DNA of 64,000 nucleotides from Gemmatimonadota bacterium (GCA_965116475.1 OZ220691.1:672001-736000); one strand, 5' to 3'; shown: positions 9,739 through 20,412, counted from the stretch's first letter. Made by a program: numbers and translations. The notes: generated by a model from the sequence alone, not told the origin.

Positions 9739-10477
9739 CGGTCACCTCCAGCGAGGAAAAGTGCAGGTTGAGGCCATGGTTGACCCTCAGCCCCACGACG
9801 CCGTCGACGTGCTGCCCCGCTCTCGCCGTCCGGAACACCTCCTGCTCGTTCACGCCGAAGATCACGTCCTCCCCTTCGGCCTCTACGAAGAGGACGTTCT
9901 TCGCCGTGGCCGCGTCCTCGCCCCGCGCCGCCCACGTGACGACCGCCTCGTGCTTCGTCCAGTCGAGGAGCGTGGACGTCTCGTCGCCATCGCGGCGCTT
10001 CACGATCACGCTCCCGTCCGCCCGGATGAGGAGGTAGGTGTAGGCCTGGCCGTCCCCCCGGAGGTCCGCGCCGCCGATGAAGACGCCGAACCCTTCGTTC
10101 AGGCCTTCGGGGTCGAACAGGAAGACGGTCGACTCGACGCGAAAGTCGCCGTCGGCCCGGGTCCCGGGATCGTAGAAGATGCCGGCCGGCCCCGTGGTGA
10201 CGTGCCAGCCGGGCGGCATCTCCTGGAGAGCCTCCACCCCGTCTCCCCCGTGGTCGGTGCGGGCGAGCCAGCCCTCGGGCGGGGGCAGCTTGTCTTCCTG
10301 GGCGGCGGCGGCGAGGGGAAGCAGGAACAGACTCGCGATGGCGAGTCGCCACGCGGCGCCCGCGGCGCGCTCCCCGCGGAAGCGCAGGTTCGAGCACGGG
10401 TTCGAGCGCAGGTTCGAATGAGACGGCATGTTCGGCGTCACTCCGGTTTCGGGTCCAAAAGCCCGCGTGGGCGGCAT
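9731..10477 (-). CDS. Secreted hypothetical protein, concanavalin/DUF1080-like fold
   Basis: Signal ending AAAQ, then GWHVTTGPAGIFY...GVVGLRVNH. Start is 10477 or 10429. Confidence 0.6.
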   Translation of the reverse strand: MPPTRAFGPETGVTPNMPSHSNLRSNPCSNLRFRGERAAGAAWRLAIASLFLLPLAAAAQEDKLPPPEGWLARTDHGGDGVEALQEMPPGWHVTTGPAGIFYDPGTRADGDFRVESTVFLFDPEGLNEGFGVFIGGADLRGDGQAYTYLLIRADGSVIVKRRDGDETSTLLDWTKHEAVVTWAARGEDAATAKNVLFVEAEGEDVIFGVNEQEVFRTARAGQHVDGVVGLRVNHGLNLHFSSLEVTDG

Positions 10478-10482
10478 GATAG

Positions 10483-11322
10483 TCACTCCGGCGGCGACTC
10501 GCAGGACTCGCAGCGCGTGAGCCGGAGCGCGACGACTTCGGGCGGCACGAGGAAGCGCACGCCGAGCCGGCTCGTCCCCACGCCGGTCGTCACGAAGAGG
10601 TGCCGTCCGTCCTCCACCACGTGGCCCGCCGCGTACCGGTCGCCGAAACGGGAGGGGGTGATCCGGGGACCCACGAACGGGATGACCACCTGCCCGCCGT
10701 GCGTGTGCCCCGCGAGCGTCAAGGAGGCCCGCGCCGGCACCTCCGGGAAGATGTCCGGGTTGTGCGTGACGACGATCACGGGCTGTCCGGGACGGGCCCC
10801 ATCGAGCGCGTCCTCGATCGACGGATGGCCGGTCCAGAAGTCCGCCACGCCCGCGATCCAGATGTCGTGGCCCCGCACGCGCGCCCGCCGGCCCTCGTTG
10901 TCGAGCACGGCGATGCCCGCGCCGGAGAGCGCCCGTTCCACGCGCTCGGTGGACAGCCAGCGGTCGTGGTTGCCGAGCACCGCGAACACCCCATGGCGGG
11001 CGTCGAGGGCGGCGAGATCCTCGGCGATCTCCTCGGGCGGCACGAAGCGGCCGCCCACGACGTTGTCGATCGTCAGATCGCCGGCGATGAGCACCAGGTC
11101 CGGGAGCGTCTCGTTCACCCGTCGCACGACGCGGCGCAGGTTGTCCCGACCGTTTCGGGGCGAGCCCACGTGCAGGTCGGCGATGAGCACGATGCGGGTC
11201 TCCTCCCCCTCGGGCCACCCCGGCACCTGGAGGTCGGCCCGGCGGAGGACGAGTCGGCCCGGCTCCCACCAGAACGCCCACGCGGCAAGCAGCACCGCGG
11301 TCGCAAGGAGAACGAGAAGCAT
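10483..11322 (-). CDS. Metallophosphoesterase (YkuE-like)
   Basis: DLH, GD, GNHD, HNP and GHTHGGQ motifs with an N-terminal TM segment. Confidence 0.9.
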   Translation of the reverse strand: MLLVLLATAVLLAAWAFWWEPGRLVLRRADLQVPGWPEGEETRIVLIADLHVGSPRNGRDNLRRVVRRVNETLPDLVLIAGDLTIDNVVGGRFVPPEEIAEDLAALDARHGVFAVLGNHDRWLSTERVERALSGAGIAVLDNEGRRARVRGHDIWIAGVADFWTGHPSIEDALDGARPGQPVIVVTHNPDIFPEVPARASLTLAGHTHGGQVVIPFVGPRITPSRFGDRYAAGHVVEDGRHLFVTTGVGTSRLGVRFLVPPEVVALRLTRCESCESPPE

Positions 11323-11357
11323 CCAGCCCGTCCAGCCGGCGCGCGATCGCCGCGCCG

Positions 11358-13151
11358 CTATGACCCGTCGCCTGCGGGCGCGCTCCCGCCGATCCACGCA
11401 TCGACCTGCCCTTCGAGCACGACCATGGGCACGGACCCGCTGCGGAGCACGACATCGTGGAAGCCGCGGAGGTCGAACCCATCGCCGAGCGCATCTTCGG
11501 CCCGGGCCCGCAGCTCGAGCAGCTTTCGCTTCCCCATCTGGTAGGCGAGCGCCTGCCCCGGCAGGTCCGTGGAATAGCGCAGCGACTCCGTCGCGATCTG
11601 GGTCTCCGATTCGAGCGTGTTCTCGCGCATGAACTCCCGCGCCTCCTCTCTCGTCCAGCCGAAATGGTTCATCCCCGGATCCACCACGAGCCGGGTCGCG
11701 AGAAAGCTCTCCAGGATGTAGAAGCCGTACTCGCTGTAAAGATCCTCGTACACACCGGCCTCGAACCCGAGGTAGGACGCGTAGGACCCCCATCCCTCGG
11801 TGTACGCGGTGTACGACGTGTTGCGCCTATAGTCCGGCAGCGTTTCGCTCTCGCGCTGGCCCGCGATCTGGAAGTGGTGGCCGGGAATCAGCTCGTGGAG
11901 CGAGATCGACGCGAGTCCGAGCCAGCTCCGCTGATCCAGGTTCGAGCCGTTGTAGTAGTAGATGCCGGTCGGTTCGGCCGCGGTGGGCGCGGAGTAGTAG
12001 CCGTACGTCATTGCCGGCTCGAGTTCGGGCGCCAGCCGCCTCGCATCCCACGGGGCTTCGGGGACGCCGGGGAAGTAGGCGTCGATGCGCTCGAGCATCC
12101 GGGTCGACGCGGCCAGCAGGCGCTCTCGCACCTCTTCCTGGGACGCCGGGAAGTAACGCGGGTCCGTCTTCAGGTGCTCGTGGAATTGCTCCGCGCTCCC
12201 CTCCCAGCCGAGGCGGGCGCGGATCTCGGCCATGCGCGCGCGAAACTCGGCGAGGAGTTCGTACCCGGCTGCCTGCACCTCCTCCGGCGTGACCTCCATC
12301 GTCGTATGGAGGCGGGTCAGATAGAGGTAGTACTCGCGACCCCCGGGATACTGCGAGAGGCCGACCCCGGCCGGCGCGCGCGCCGCGTACGGCCCTTCGA
12401 GGAAGGCGGCGAGTTCCTCGAGCGCCGGGTTGATGGAATCGCGCACGATCTCACCGATGCGGGCCCTCGCTTCCGCCACGCGGTCGGGGTCCAGCCCGGA
12501 GGCGCGACCCGCGGGGAGCGCGAAGGGGCCGTCCTCCGCCTCCCCCGCCGTCGCCCGCACGAGCTGGACGACGGGCGCCAGGTTCTGGCTCGACACGATG
12601 AAGTCGCGCTCGAACTGCCCCCGCACGTAGTCCTCGAGGTCCCGTACATGGGACGGCACCTGCTCCGCGAGCACCACGAAACGGTCGAGATCCTCGTCAT
12701 CCGCAAGCGGGAGGAGCGGGAAAATCTGGCTGTAGCTGCGCAGGACGCTCGAATACGGGGTGAGGACGCTCCGGAGCCAGAAGTACCGGTGCCCCTCGAC
12801 GGCCATCTCCGCCTGCCAGACGAGGGTCTCCAGCGTGACGCGCTCATCGGCCGAGAGGGCCGCCGCGTCGATGGAGAGGGCGCGCTCGAGCTGCCGCCGG
12901 GAGAACGCCGCCCTCTCCTCCGCGGCTTCGTAGCCGAGCGCCGGGAGCCGCTCCACGTCCAGCCCCTCCCGCAGCCGGATGAAGGGATTGGTCTCCAGAT
13001 CCCGGACCCAGGCCGAGTCCAGCAGCGCCCCCAACTGCGCCGAGGCACCCGCGGACCGGCCCTCTCCCCCTGGCTCGTCGTCGGGGGCACCGCAAGAGGC
13101 CGTCCACGCAACCAGGAGGGCGAAGACAACAGGTGCATGCCGGACCCTCAT
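11358..13151 (-). CDS. DUF885 family lipoprotein (metallopeptidase-like)
   Basis: Lipobox TASC, HELIPGHHFQ, YTEGWG, RLVVD, PGQALAYQMG. Confidence 0.9.
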   Translation of the reverse strand: MRVRHAPVVFALLVAWTASCGAPDDEPGGEGRSAGASAQLGALLDSAWVRDLETNPFIRLREGLDVERLPALGYEAAEERAAFSRRQLERALSIDAAALSADERVTLETLVWQAEMAVEGHRYFWLRSVLTPYSSVLRSYSQIFPLLPLADDEDLDRFVVLAEQVPSHVRDLEDYVRGQFERDFIVSSQNLAPVVQLVRATAGEAEDGPFALPAGRASGLDPDRVAEARARIGEIVRDSINPALEELAAFLEGPYAARAPAGVGLSQYPGGREYYLYLTRLHTTMEVTPEEVQAAGYELLAEFRARMAEIRARLGWEGSAEQFHEHLKTDPRYFPASQEEVRERLLAASTRMLERIDAYFPGVPEAPWDARRLAPELEPAMTYGYYSAPTAAEPTGIYYYNGSNLDQRSWLGLASISLHELIPGHHFQIAGQRESETLPDYRRNTSYTAYTEGWGSYASYLGFEAGVYEDLYSEYGFYILESFLATRLVVDPGMNHFGWTREEAREFMRENTLESETQIATESLRYSTDLPGQALAYQMGKRKLLELRARAEDALGDGFDLRGFHDVVLRSGSVPMVVLEGQVDAWIGGSAPAGDGS

Positions 13152-13864
13152 CGAACCCTATCTTCCCTGATCAGAGCCGCACTGTCGGTCTGACGCGTGC
13201 CGTCCGTCGTCGCCGCCAACTCATCGGCCCGTGCGAAGAACTCCGCCGCGCGCCGAGGTCCCGACACTTCCTCCGGTTCATCCTCGCGGGGGCCGAAGCG
13301 GACGAGCAGGCCGCCCAGGAGCGAGGTGATCAGCCAGACGAAGAGGATCGCGGCGGTGACCTCGTCCGGGAAGAGGACATCCGTGGCGAGCGTGCCGGCC
13401 AGGGTGCCGAGCCATAGAGCGAAGTTCTGGAGCTGGAAGTCGAGTTGGTCTCCGCGCTTCATGCTCTGCACCGCACGTAACACGAGGTATAGCACGGCGC
13501 CGCCGAAACCCAGGAACGCCATCGACTCGGAGAACACCTGGATGAACCCCAACGCGACCCCGACGGCGCCGCCCGAGAGAATGCGCAGGGGCGATGGCGA
13601 ACTCGACTTGCGGGGGCGCGTCCGGGGGACCGCCGGCACCTGGGGCACCGCCGGAGAGCCGGGTGCCGGAGCGGGAGCGGGCAGTTCCTCGGCAATGAAT
13701 TCCGCGATCGCCGTTCGCGTCGCCCGCACGTCGATCCCCGCCTCGGCGGCGATCCGCTCCAGTTCCTCGACGCTGAGCGTGTCTCCGCGGGCATCGATCT
13801 CGGCCGCGCGCTGAAGAATGAGAGAGACCTGGGAAGTGGTGAGCTTCAGCGGTGGGTCGGTCAT
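13148..13864 (-). CDS. Hypothetical membrane protein (paralog A)
   Basis: ILQRAAEID...ELERIAAEAGID N-terminal domain plus about 4 TM segments. Confidence 0.75.
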   Translation of the reverse strand: MTDPPLKLTTSQVSLILQRAAEIDARGDTLSVEELERIAAEAGIDVRATRTAIAEFIAEELPAPAPAPGSPAVPQVPAVPRTRPRKSSSPSPLRILSGGAVGVALGFIQVFSESMAFLGFGGAVLYLVLRAVQSMKRGDQLDFQLQNFALWLGTLAGTLATDVLFPDEVTAAILFVWLITSLLGGLLVRFGPREDEPEEVSGPRRAAEFFARADELAATTDGTRQTDSAALIREDRVR

Positions 13865-13867
13865 GCG

Positions 13868-14527
13868 TCAGCGGCCTCCGGACTCGATCTGTGGGAAGTC
13901 TTCCTCGGGCTCCTCTTCGCGGGGGCCGAAGCGGATGAGGAGGCCGCCGATGGCCGAGGTGAGGATCCAGCAGAGCAGGGTCAACATCAACCCCTCGGGC
14001 CCGAGTCCGGCGGCAATGATCAGCGTCGACACGAACCAGAGGGTGAAGTTCTGGAGTTGAAAGTCGAGCTGGCTGCCCCGCTTCATGGCCTGCACGGCGC
14101 GCAGTATGAGATAGATCGCCGTGGCGCCGGATCCCGCGATGGCGCCCCCGAGCGAGCTCGCGAAGAGGAACCCGAAGGCCACGCCCACCGCCCCACCCGT
14201 GATGATGCGTCCGGGAGCGGGAGAGGCCGGGTTTCCGGCGCGCTTCGCGGGGACCGCCGGAGGTTGCGGGGCGGGAACGGGAACCGGCATCTCCTCCGCG
14301 ACCAGCTCCGCGATCGCCGCTCGCGTCGCGCGCGGGTCGATCCCCGCCTCGCCGGCGATGCGCTCCAGCTCCTCGACGGTCATCGAGTCGCCGCGCGCGT
14401 CGATCTCGGCCGCCCGCTTCAGTATCCGCGAGACCTGGGCGGCGGTGAGCGTCGCGGGCGTGTCGTGGACGGGCGGTTCGCGGGGGGGCGGCTCGCGGGG
14501 GGGCGGCGGCTCGGGCATGTCGCTCAT
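13868..14527 (-). CDS. Hypothetical membrane protein (paralog B)
   Basis: ATG at 14527 overlaps the upstream TGA. Same motifs as 13148..13864. Confidence 0.75.
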   Translation of the reverse strand: MSDMPEPPPPREPPPREPPVHDTPATLTAAQVSRILKRAAEIDARGDSMTVEELERIAGEAGIDPRATRAAIAELVAEEMPVPVPAPQPPAVPAKRAGNPASPAPGRIITGGAVGVAFGFLFASSLGGAIAGSGATAIYLILRAVQAMKRGSQLDFQLQNFTLWFVSTLIIAAGLGPEGLMLTLLCWILTSAIGGLLIRFGPREEEPEEDFPQIESGGR

Positions 14528-15474
14528 GGCGTGTCGCCCGCGAGGATGGTGGCCAGGGTGGACGGATCCAGATTCCCTCCGGACACGATGCAGACAATTC
14601 TGTCCCCCTTCACCGCACCCGACAGGGCGGCCGCGACAGAGGAGGCGCCCGCCCCCTCGGCGACCACGCGGTTGCGGGTGGCGAGCAATCGGATCGCCGC
14701 CGCGGTGTCTTCGAGCGTGATCTCGGCCGAGCCGGCGAGCAGGTTCCGCGCCAACTCCCACATGGCGGGTTCCACGTGCGGCCCCCCGATGCCGTCGACG
14801 AACGAGGGGGTATAGGAGACCGAGACGGCCCGGCCCGCGCGGAGCGACTCGGCGAACGGGGCCTGACCCACGACCTCCGAGGCAAACACCGGAACGCCCG
14901 GCGCCGCGGCGCGCAGGCCGGCCGCGATCCCGCAGGCGAGTCCGCCTCCCCCGAAGGGGACGATGACGGCGTCCACGTCGGGCAGGTCCTCGACCAGTTC
15001 GAGCGCGATCGTGCCGTTCCCCGCCATCACGTCGCGGTCCATGAAGGCGTGGACGAACCGTCCGTCCATGCCGTCGAAGCGCTGCGTGCGGAACACCTCG
15101 AACCAGGAGGCGACGGAGGTCTTCACGGCGGTCGCGCCGAGCCGCGCGATCGCCTCCAGCTTGAGCCCCGGCGCCGTCTCCGGGACGACGACCGAGCACG
15201 GGACGCCGAGACGCCGCGCGTTCCAGGCGACGCCCTGCGCCATGTTCCCCGCGCTCGCCGTCCATACCCCGGCCGCCAGTTCCGCGGGCGGGATCAGGCC
15301 GATCGCGTTCGCGGCCCCCCGGATCTTGAACGAGCCGATCGGCTGCAGGTTCTCGAACTTGAGCCAGATCTCGGGTCCCTCGTCGACGCCGAGGCGGATG
15401 AGCGGCGAGCGGAGGGCCGCCGCGTAGACCCGCTCCCGCGCCGCCTCGATCTCCGGCAGGGCGGGGGGCTTCAC
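14524..15474 (-). CDS. Threonine/serine dehydratase family PLP enzyme
   Basis: KFENLQPIGSFKIRGA, SAGNMAQG, GGGGL, SGGN. GTG at 15474 overlaps the upstream stop. Confidence 0.9.
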   Translation of the reverse strand: MKPPALPEIEAARERVYAAALRSPLIRLGVDEGPEIWLKFENLQPIGSFKIRGAANAIGLIPPAELAAGVWTASAGNMAQGVAWNARRLGVPCSVVVPETAPGLKLEAIARLGATAVKTSVASWFEVFRTQRFDGMDGRFVHAFMDRDVMAGNGTIALELVEDLPDVDAVIVPFGGGGLACGIAAGLRAAAPGVPVFASEVVGQAPFAESLRAGRAVSVSYTPSFVDGIGGPHVEPAMWELARNLLAGSAEITLEDTAAAIRLLATRNRVVAEGAGASSVAAALSGAVKGDRIVCIVSGGNLDPSTLATILAGDTP

Positions 15475-16700
15475 GCGTTGAGGCCCGCGACCCCCGGGAC
15501 GCCCGCGACCGCCCGCGGGAGGCTCGCCAGCGCCCGGTCGAAGTCGGCCGCGAGGTCCTCCGTCGCCTCCAGTCCGGTGGAGAAGCGGATGAGGGCGTCC
15601 CGGATGCCGGCCTTCGCGCGCTCCTCGGCGGACATGCCCGCGTGCACGGCGGCGGCGGGCCGCACGACGAGCGACTCCGGCCCCCCGAGGCTCGCCGCGA
15701 CCATCGGGATCTCCAGCGCGGAGATGAAGGCCTCGGCCGCGTCGACCCCGCCCTCGAGTTCGAACGACATCATCCCGCCGAAACCGTCGAACAGGCGCGC
15801 GGCCCGCTCGTGCTGGGCGTGGCTCGCCAGTCCCGGATAGTGCACGACGGACACGGCGGGGTGCGCTTCGAGCCGCACGGCGAGCTGCCCGGCCGACGCG
15901 TTCTGCTCGCGGACGCGCACGCTCAGCGTCTTCAGCCCCCGCTCGAGCAGGAACGCCGCGTGCGGGTCGAGGGAGCCGCCGAGGTGGTCCTGCATCACCT
16001 TCACGCGGCGCACGAGGTCCGCCGGCCCGGCCACGCTCCCGGCCACGATGTCGCTGTGGCCGTTCATGTACTTCGTGCAGCTCTCGAGCACGAGATCGAA
16101 GCCGATCTCCGCCGGCCGGAAGTTGATCGGGCTCGCGAAGGTGTTGTCGATCAGCGTCACGAGCCCATGCTCGCGCGCGAACGCCACGACGGCCTCCAGG
16201 TCCGCCACCTGCACGAGCGGATTCGTGAGCGTCTCCACGTACATGGCGCGCGTGGTCGGTGTCAGCGCGGCCGCCCAACCCGACGGATCCTGCGGGTCGA
16301 TGACCGTGTGCCCGATGCGGAACCGCGGCAGGTCCTGCTGCAGGAAGGCGGCGGTGCCGCCGTACAGCGTGTCCTGCACGAGCACATGGTCGCCGGCGGA
16401 CAGCAGCGTGAGCAGCGACCCCGAGATCGCCGCCATACCGCTGCCGAGGGCGAGGGCCGCCTCGGTCCCCTCGAGCGCCGCGATGCGCTCCCCGAGCACG
16501 CGATGGTTCGGCGTCGTGCTGAGCCGGATGTACCCGATGTCGTGGTAGTCCTCGCCGCGCAGCTCGTAGTTCGCCGTCTGGTAGATCGGCGTGACGACGG
16601 CCCCCTCGGGCCTCGGCTCCTGTTCGCCCGCATGCACGGCGTCCGTGGACGCCGCCCTTCTCCCATCCCCAAGGTTCTTCATGTCTTTCCCGTCTTTCAT
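15471..16700 (-). CDS. Trans-sulfuration enzyme (cystathionine gamma-lyase/synthase or methionine gamma-lyase family)
   Basis: TPIYQT, SGMAAI, YGGT, DNTFASP, SCTKYMNGHSD, SLGG, RFSTGLE. Confidence 0.92.
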   Translation of the reverse strand: MKDGKDMKNLGDGRRAASTDAVHAGEQEPRPEGAVVTPIYQTANYELRGEDYHDIGYIRLSTTPNHRVLGERIAALEGTEAALALGSGMAAISGSLLTLLSAGDHVLVQDTLYGGTAAFLQQDLPRFRIGHTVIDPQDPSGWAAALTPTTRAMYVETLTNPLVQVADLEAVVAFAREHGLVTLIDNTFASPINFRPAEIGFDLVLESCTKYMNGHSDIVAGSVAGPADLVRRVKVMQDHLGGSLDPHAAFLLERGLKTLSVRVREQNASAGQLAVRLEAHPAVSVVHYPGLASHAQHERAARLFDGFGGMMSFELEGGVDAAEAFISALEIPMVAASLGGPESLVVRPAAAVHAGMSAEERAKAGIRDALIRFSTGLEATEDLAADFDRALASLPRAVAGVPGVAGLNA

Positions 16701-17215
16701 CAGTCCCACATCACGCGGTGGATCCGCCACCCGGTTTCGAGCCGCTTCCACACCTCGAGAAACTTGCCGCCGAGTTCGGTATCATCGGGGCCGCGCACCC
16801 GGTACGTCCCGTTCGCGAACGCCAGGTTCCCGTCCACCTCGATGTCCTCGATCGTGAACCGGGCCGCGCGCAGCGGAGCGGAACCGGCCAGGGCGCGGAC
16901 GATGGCGTCGTGCCCTCGAACCGCCGGCTCTCCGGACGGCAAGCGCACCGCGTCCGGCGTGAACACGTCGGCGACGGCGTCACCCGGCGCTCCCGCGATC
17001 AGCGAAGCTTCCCAACGCCGGGTGACGCGCTCGATCTCGGCTCGCACCGCCTCGACGTCGACCGCCCCTCCGGTCTCTCCCACCCCGGCCTCCCCCGCCT
17101 CCGGCGCCGGGCCCGAGCACGCCGCCGCGACCAGGCCGCCCGCCACCGCCGCGACCAGGCCGCCCGCCGCAAGGATGAGCCGAAACGTTCCGTCTGCGGG
17201 CCGTGTTCTCTTCAT
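16700..17215 (-). CDS. DUF4440/NTF2-like lipoprotein
   Basis: Lipobox AAAC, then GKFLEVWKR...WRIHRVMW. Confidence 0.8.
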   Translation of the reverse strand: MKRTRPADGTFRLILAAGGLVAAVAGGLVAAACSGPAPEAGEAGVGETGGAVDVEAVRAEIERVTRRWEASLIAGAPGDAVADVFTPDAVRLPSGEPAVRGHDAIVRALAGSAPLRAARFTIEDIEVDGNLAFANGTYRVRGPDDTELGGKFLEVWKRLETGWRIHRVMWD

Positions 17216-17378
17216 GGGTCGATATTGTATCGGAGGCCGCGTGCCGCGGCGACGCGCCCCGCTTTCGGGTTCGCGCGCGTCACGGTAGGATGCCCGGCGC
17301 GCCTAACAGGCTGTGTTGAGAATTGTTCCCCGCATCGCCGGCCGGCGATGCCGTGCTTGAACCTGCTTGGAGGTACGA

Positions 17379-18011
17379 ATGAAGAAGATGTTCCGCGCCA
17401 TCCCCTGTCTGGCGATCGCCCTCGGCGTCGCCCTTGCCTTCGCCACGGCTGCGGAGGCCCAGGACCGGCGCATGAGCCCGCGCGGAGAGGCCGCAACCCA
17501 GGTCGGCGGCTCGTTCAACGACGAAGGCGGCTACGAGGGCGGCTCCTGGGTCGTCGTGACGTACGGCCGCCCCATCCTGCGCGGCCGCGATCTGTTCGGC
17601 TCGGGCGATGAGTACGGCCAGCAGTTCCTGCGCGGGGCGCCGCTGTGGCGGGTCGGCGCGGACCAGTCCACGCGCTTCATGACCGAGACCGACCTCATGT
17701 TCGGCGGCGAGCGCCTGCCGGCCGGCGAGTACAGCGTGTTCGCGGAACTCACCGAGGCCGAGTGGACGCTGGTTTTTTCGAACTGGGGCGCGAAGGAGAA
17801 CTTCCGTGAGGAGAATCCCGACGCGCTCTGGGGGTCCTACGGCTACACGCCCGACCGCGACGTGCTGCGCACGACCATGGATGTGGACACGATCATGATG
17901 TCGGCCGACCAGCTCACGATCTCGTTCATGGACATGACGCAGGAGGGCGGCGTGTTCACGATCTGGTGGGACGACCAGGTCGCGACCGTCCCCTTCCAGG
18001 TGGCCCGCTGA
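17379..18011 (+). CDS. DUF2911 domain secreted protein
   Basis: GGAGG RBS, signal peptide, SPRG...YGRP...WRVGAD...LPAGEYS. Confidence 0.88.
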   Translation: MKKMFRAIPCLAIALGVALAFATAAEAQDRRMSPRGEAATQVGGSFNDEGGYEGGSWVVVTYGRPILRGRDLFGSGDEYGQQFLRGAPLWRVGADQSTRFMTETDLMFGGERLPAGEYSVFAELTEAEWTLVFSNWGAKENFREENPDALWGSYGYTPDRDVLRTTMDVDTIMMSADQLTISFMDMTQEGGVFTIWWDDQVATVPFQVAR

Positions 18012-18095
18012 CCCCTCCTTGAGACGCGGAGATTGTCGAATATCGGACGCCGGAAGTTCGATATTCGACAATCTCCGGCTCGAAACGGTCGCCAA

Positions 18096-20195
18096 TCAGG
18101 ACGTGGTGGCGGCGTAGCGGCGGAACCACTCCAGGGTCGACAGCATCTTTCCGATGTGGTGGCTCGGGCGGCGGCGGATGCCGTGCGGCTCGCCGGGGAA
18201 GCGCACGAGCGACGTCTCCACTCCGAGCAGCTTGAGCGCCTTGAAGTACTGCTCGGACTCCGACATCGGCGTGCGCCAGTCCTCCTCGCCCGTCACGATC
18301 CGCGTCGGCGTCGTCACGTTCTCGACCACGCTCAGGAGCGAGCGCGACTCGTAGTGCTCCACGTGGTCCCATGGGAGACCCGGGAACCAGTAGTTGACGC
18401 CGTAGGCGGCCATGTCCGCCGTGAGCACGAAGCTGTACCAGTTGATGACGGGATACCACGACACCGCGGCGCGGAAGCGGTCCGTCCGGCCCACGAGCCA
18501 GGCCGTGAGGACGCCGCCTCCGCTCCCGCCCACGACGTAGAGCTGTTCTTCATCCACATACCCCTGGTCGATGACCGCGTCGACGCCGGACATGAGGTCG
18601 TAGAAGTCGTCGCCGGGGTAGGCGTGGTGGATCAGGTTCCCGAACTCCTCGCCGTAGCTCGTGCTGCCGCGCGGGTTCGTGTAGAGGACGACGTAGCCCT
18701 GCGCCGCCATGAGCTGCTTCTCAAGGTCGAAGCGCGCCCCGTAGTTCGAGAACGGTCCCCCGTGGATCTCCAGGATGAGGGGGTACTCGCGCGACGGGTC
18801 GAAGCCGGGCGGCTTGATGATCCAGCCGTGGATCGGGCGTCCATCGTGCGACGACTCGTACCAGATCTCCTCGACCTCCCCGATCTCGCGCTTGGCCATC
18901 AGGTCGTCGTTGATCCCCGTGAGCACGCGGACATCGCTCCCGGGGCGACCCGTCGCGACCTCGGAGAGCACGGCGGGCGTCGTGTAGTTCATCGCGAAGC
19001 TGCCGTCGTCGGCCACGGAGTACGTCGCTCCGGCGTAGGCGCGGCCGACCCCGCCGACGTTGGCCGTCAGCACGCGGTGGCCGCTCCCGTCGTCGTCGAG
19101 GCGGAACAGGGCGAGCTTCGTCATGCCCTCGTCGTCGTACAGGGCGTAGAGGCCCGAACCATCGGGCGCCCACGTGGCCCCGTAGACCTCGCGGTCGAGT
19201 CCTTCCGAGAGCGAGCGCGGGTCGCTCCCGTCCCGGTTCATCACGTAGAGCCGTGTGAGCTGGTAGCCCTGGAAGCGGTCGTCCATGCCGAAGTAGGCGA
19301 TGTGCCGGCCATCCGGAGAGACGATCGGCCCGTCGTCCGGCCCCCGGCGATCCGTGAGCTGCGTCGCCGCGCCGTCGGCGACCGAGACCTCGAACACCTC
19401 CGTGTCCGCCACGAACACGCTCTCCGTGTCGCCGCCCCGCGGGTCGCGCGACATGACGAGGCCCGCGCCATCGGGCGTCCACGAAAAGTGCGTGCCGCCG
19501 ATCCCGTTCCCCGCCCAGTGGTTGTCTCCGCTGGTGATCTGGCGGGCCGTCCCTCCCTCCGCCGGGACGACGAAGACGTGCACGAAGCCGTGCGGGAGAT
19601 CACCCAACTGGTCGAAGCGATACACGAGCCGCTCGACGACCTGCGCGGGCTCGGCCCACTCCGCGCCCTCCGGCGGGGTCGGCATGCCGCCGATCATCGG
19701 CGCCGGCTTCGGCACCAGCTTTCCGAACGCGATCTGCGACCCATCCGGCGACCATTCGAACGACCGGGGCGGCTCGGTCACGTTGGTGATCGTCGAGGTC
19801 TCCCCGGAGTCCATCCAGCGCACGTGGATCTGCGCGTCGCCGCTCCGGTTCGAGACAAAGGCCAGCCGCGTGCCGTCGGGCGACCAGCGCGGGGAACTGT
19901 CCGAATAGTCCCCCGTGGTGAGCGGCCGGTGCCCCGACCCGTCGGAGCCCACGATCCAGAGGTTCGAGAAGCGGCTGTCCGTCATGATATCGGCCCGCTG
20001 GCGGACGTAGACGATCCAGCGCCCGTCCGGCGAGATCTGCGGATCCCCCGCGATCTCGACCTCGAAGATGTCCTCCATGCGAAGCGGGCCGGACTCGGCC
20101 CCCGCCTGCGCGGCGGCCGGGGCGGCGAGGCACAGGAGGGCTGCGGCAGCAAGAAACGACAGGGAGATTCGGACACTGCTGAGCGGGGCGGTCAT
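18096..20195 (-). CDS. S9 family peptidase (acylaminoacyl-peptidase-like)
   Basis: WSPDG propeller repeats, HGGP, GGSGGG nucleophile, GEEDWRTP, EPHGI. Confidence 0.93.
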   Translation of the reverse strand: MTAPLSSVRISLSFLAAAALLCLAAPAAAQAGAESGPLRMEDIFEVEIAGDPQISPDGRWIVYVRQRADIMTDSRFSNLWIVGSDGSGHRPLTTGDYSDSSPRWSPDGTRLAFVSNRSGDAQIHVRWMDSGETSTITNVTEPPRSFEWSPDGSQIAFGKLVPKPAPMIGGMPTPPEGAEWAEPAQVVERLVYRFDQLGDLPHGFVHVFVVPAEGGTARQITSGDNHWAGNGIGGTHFSWTPDGAGLVMSRDPRGGDTESVFVADTEVFEVSVADGAATQLTDRRGPDDGPIVSPDGRHIAYFGMDDRFQGYQLTRLYVMNRDGSDPRSLSEGLDREVYGATWAPDGSGLYALYDDEGMTKLALFRLDDDGSGHRVLTANVGGVGRAYAGATYSVADDGSFAMNYTTPAVLSEVATGRPGSDVRVLTGINDDLMAKREIGEVEEIWYESSHDGRPIHGWIIKPPGFDPSREYPLILEIHGGPFSNYGARFDLEKQLMAAQGYVVLYTNPRGSTSYGEEFGNLIHHAYPGDDFYDLMSGVDAVIDQGYVDEEQLYVVGGSGGGVLTAWLVGRTDRFRAAVSWYPVINWYSFVLTADMAAYGVNYWFPGLPWDHVEHYESRSLLSVVENVTTPTRIVTGEEDWRTPMSESEQYFKALKLLGVETSLVRFPGEPHGIRRRPSHHIGKMLSTLEWFRRYAATTS

Positions 20196-20412
20196 CTTGC
20201 ACTCTCCGTGGATCGGACCTCGATGAGTTGCCGTCGGCGAAGCAACCTTGCGGATCATAGCCAAAAGCGACGATATCGGAACAGCGTCACCCGACCGTCG
20301 GATGTGACCCGAGGGCGGCATGCGCAGTCTTTGGTTGGAGCCTCGCGCGTGTCGTGAGACCGCCGATACCGCCCGAATAGCGCAAGACCGAACAGCGCGA
20401 AAGGAGAACGCC

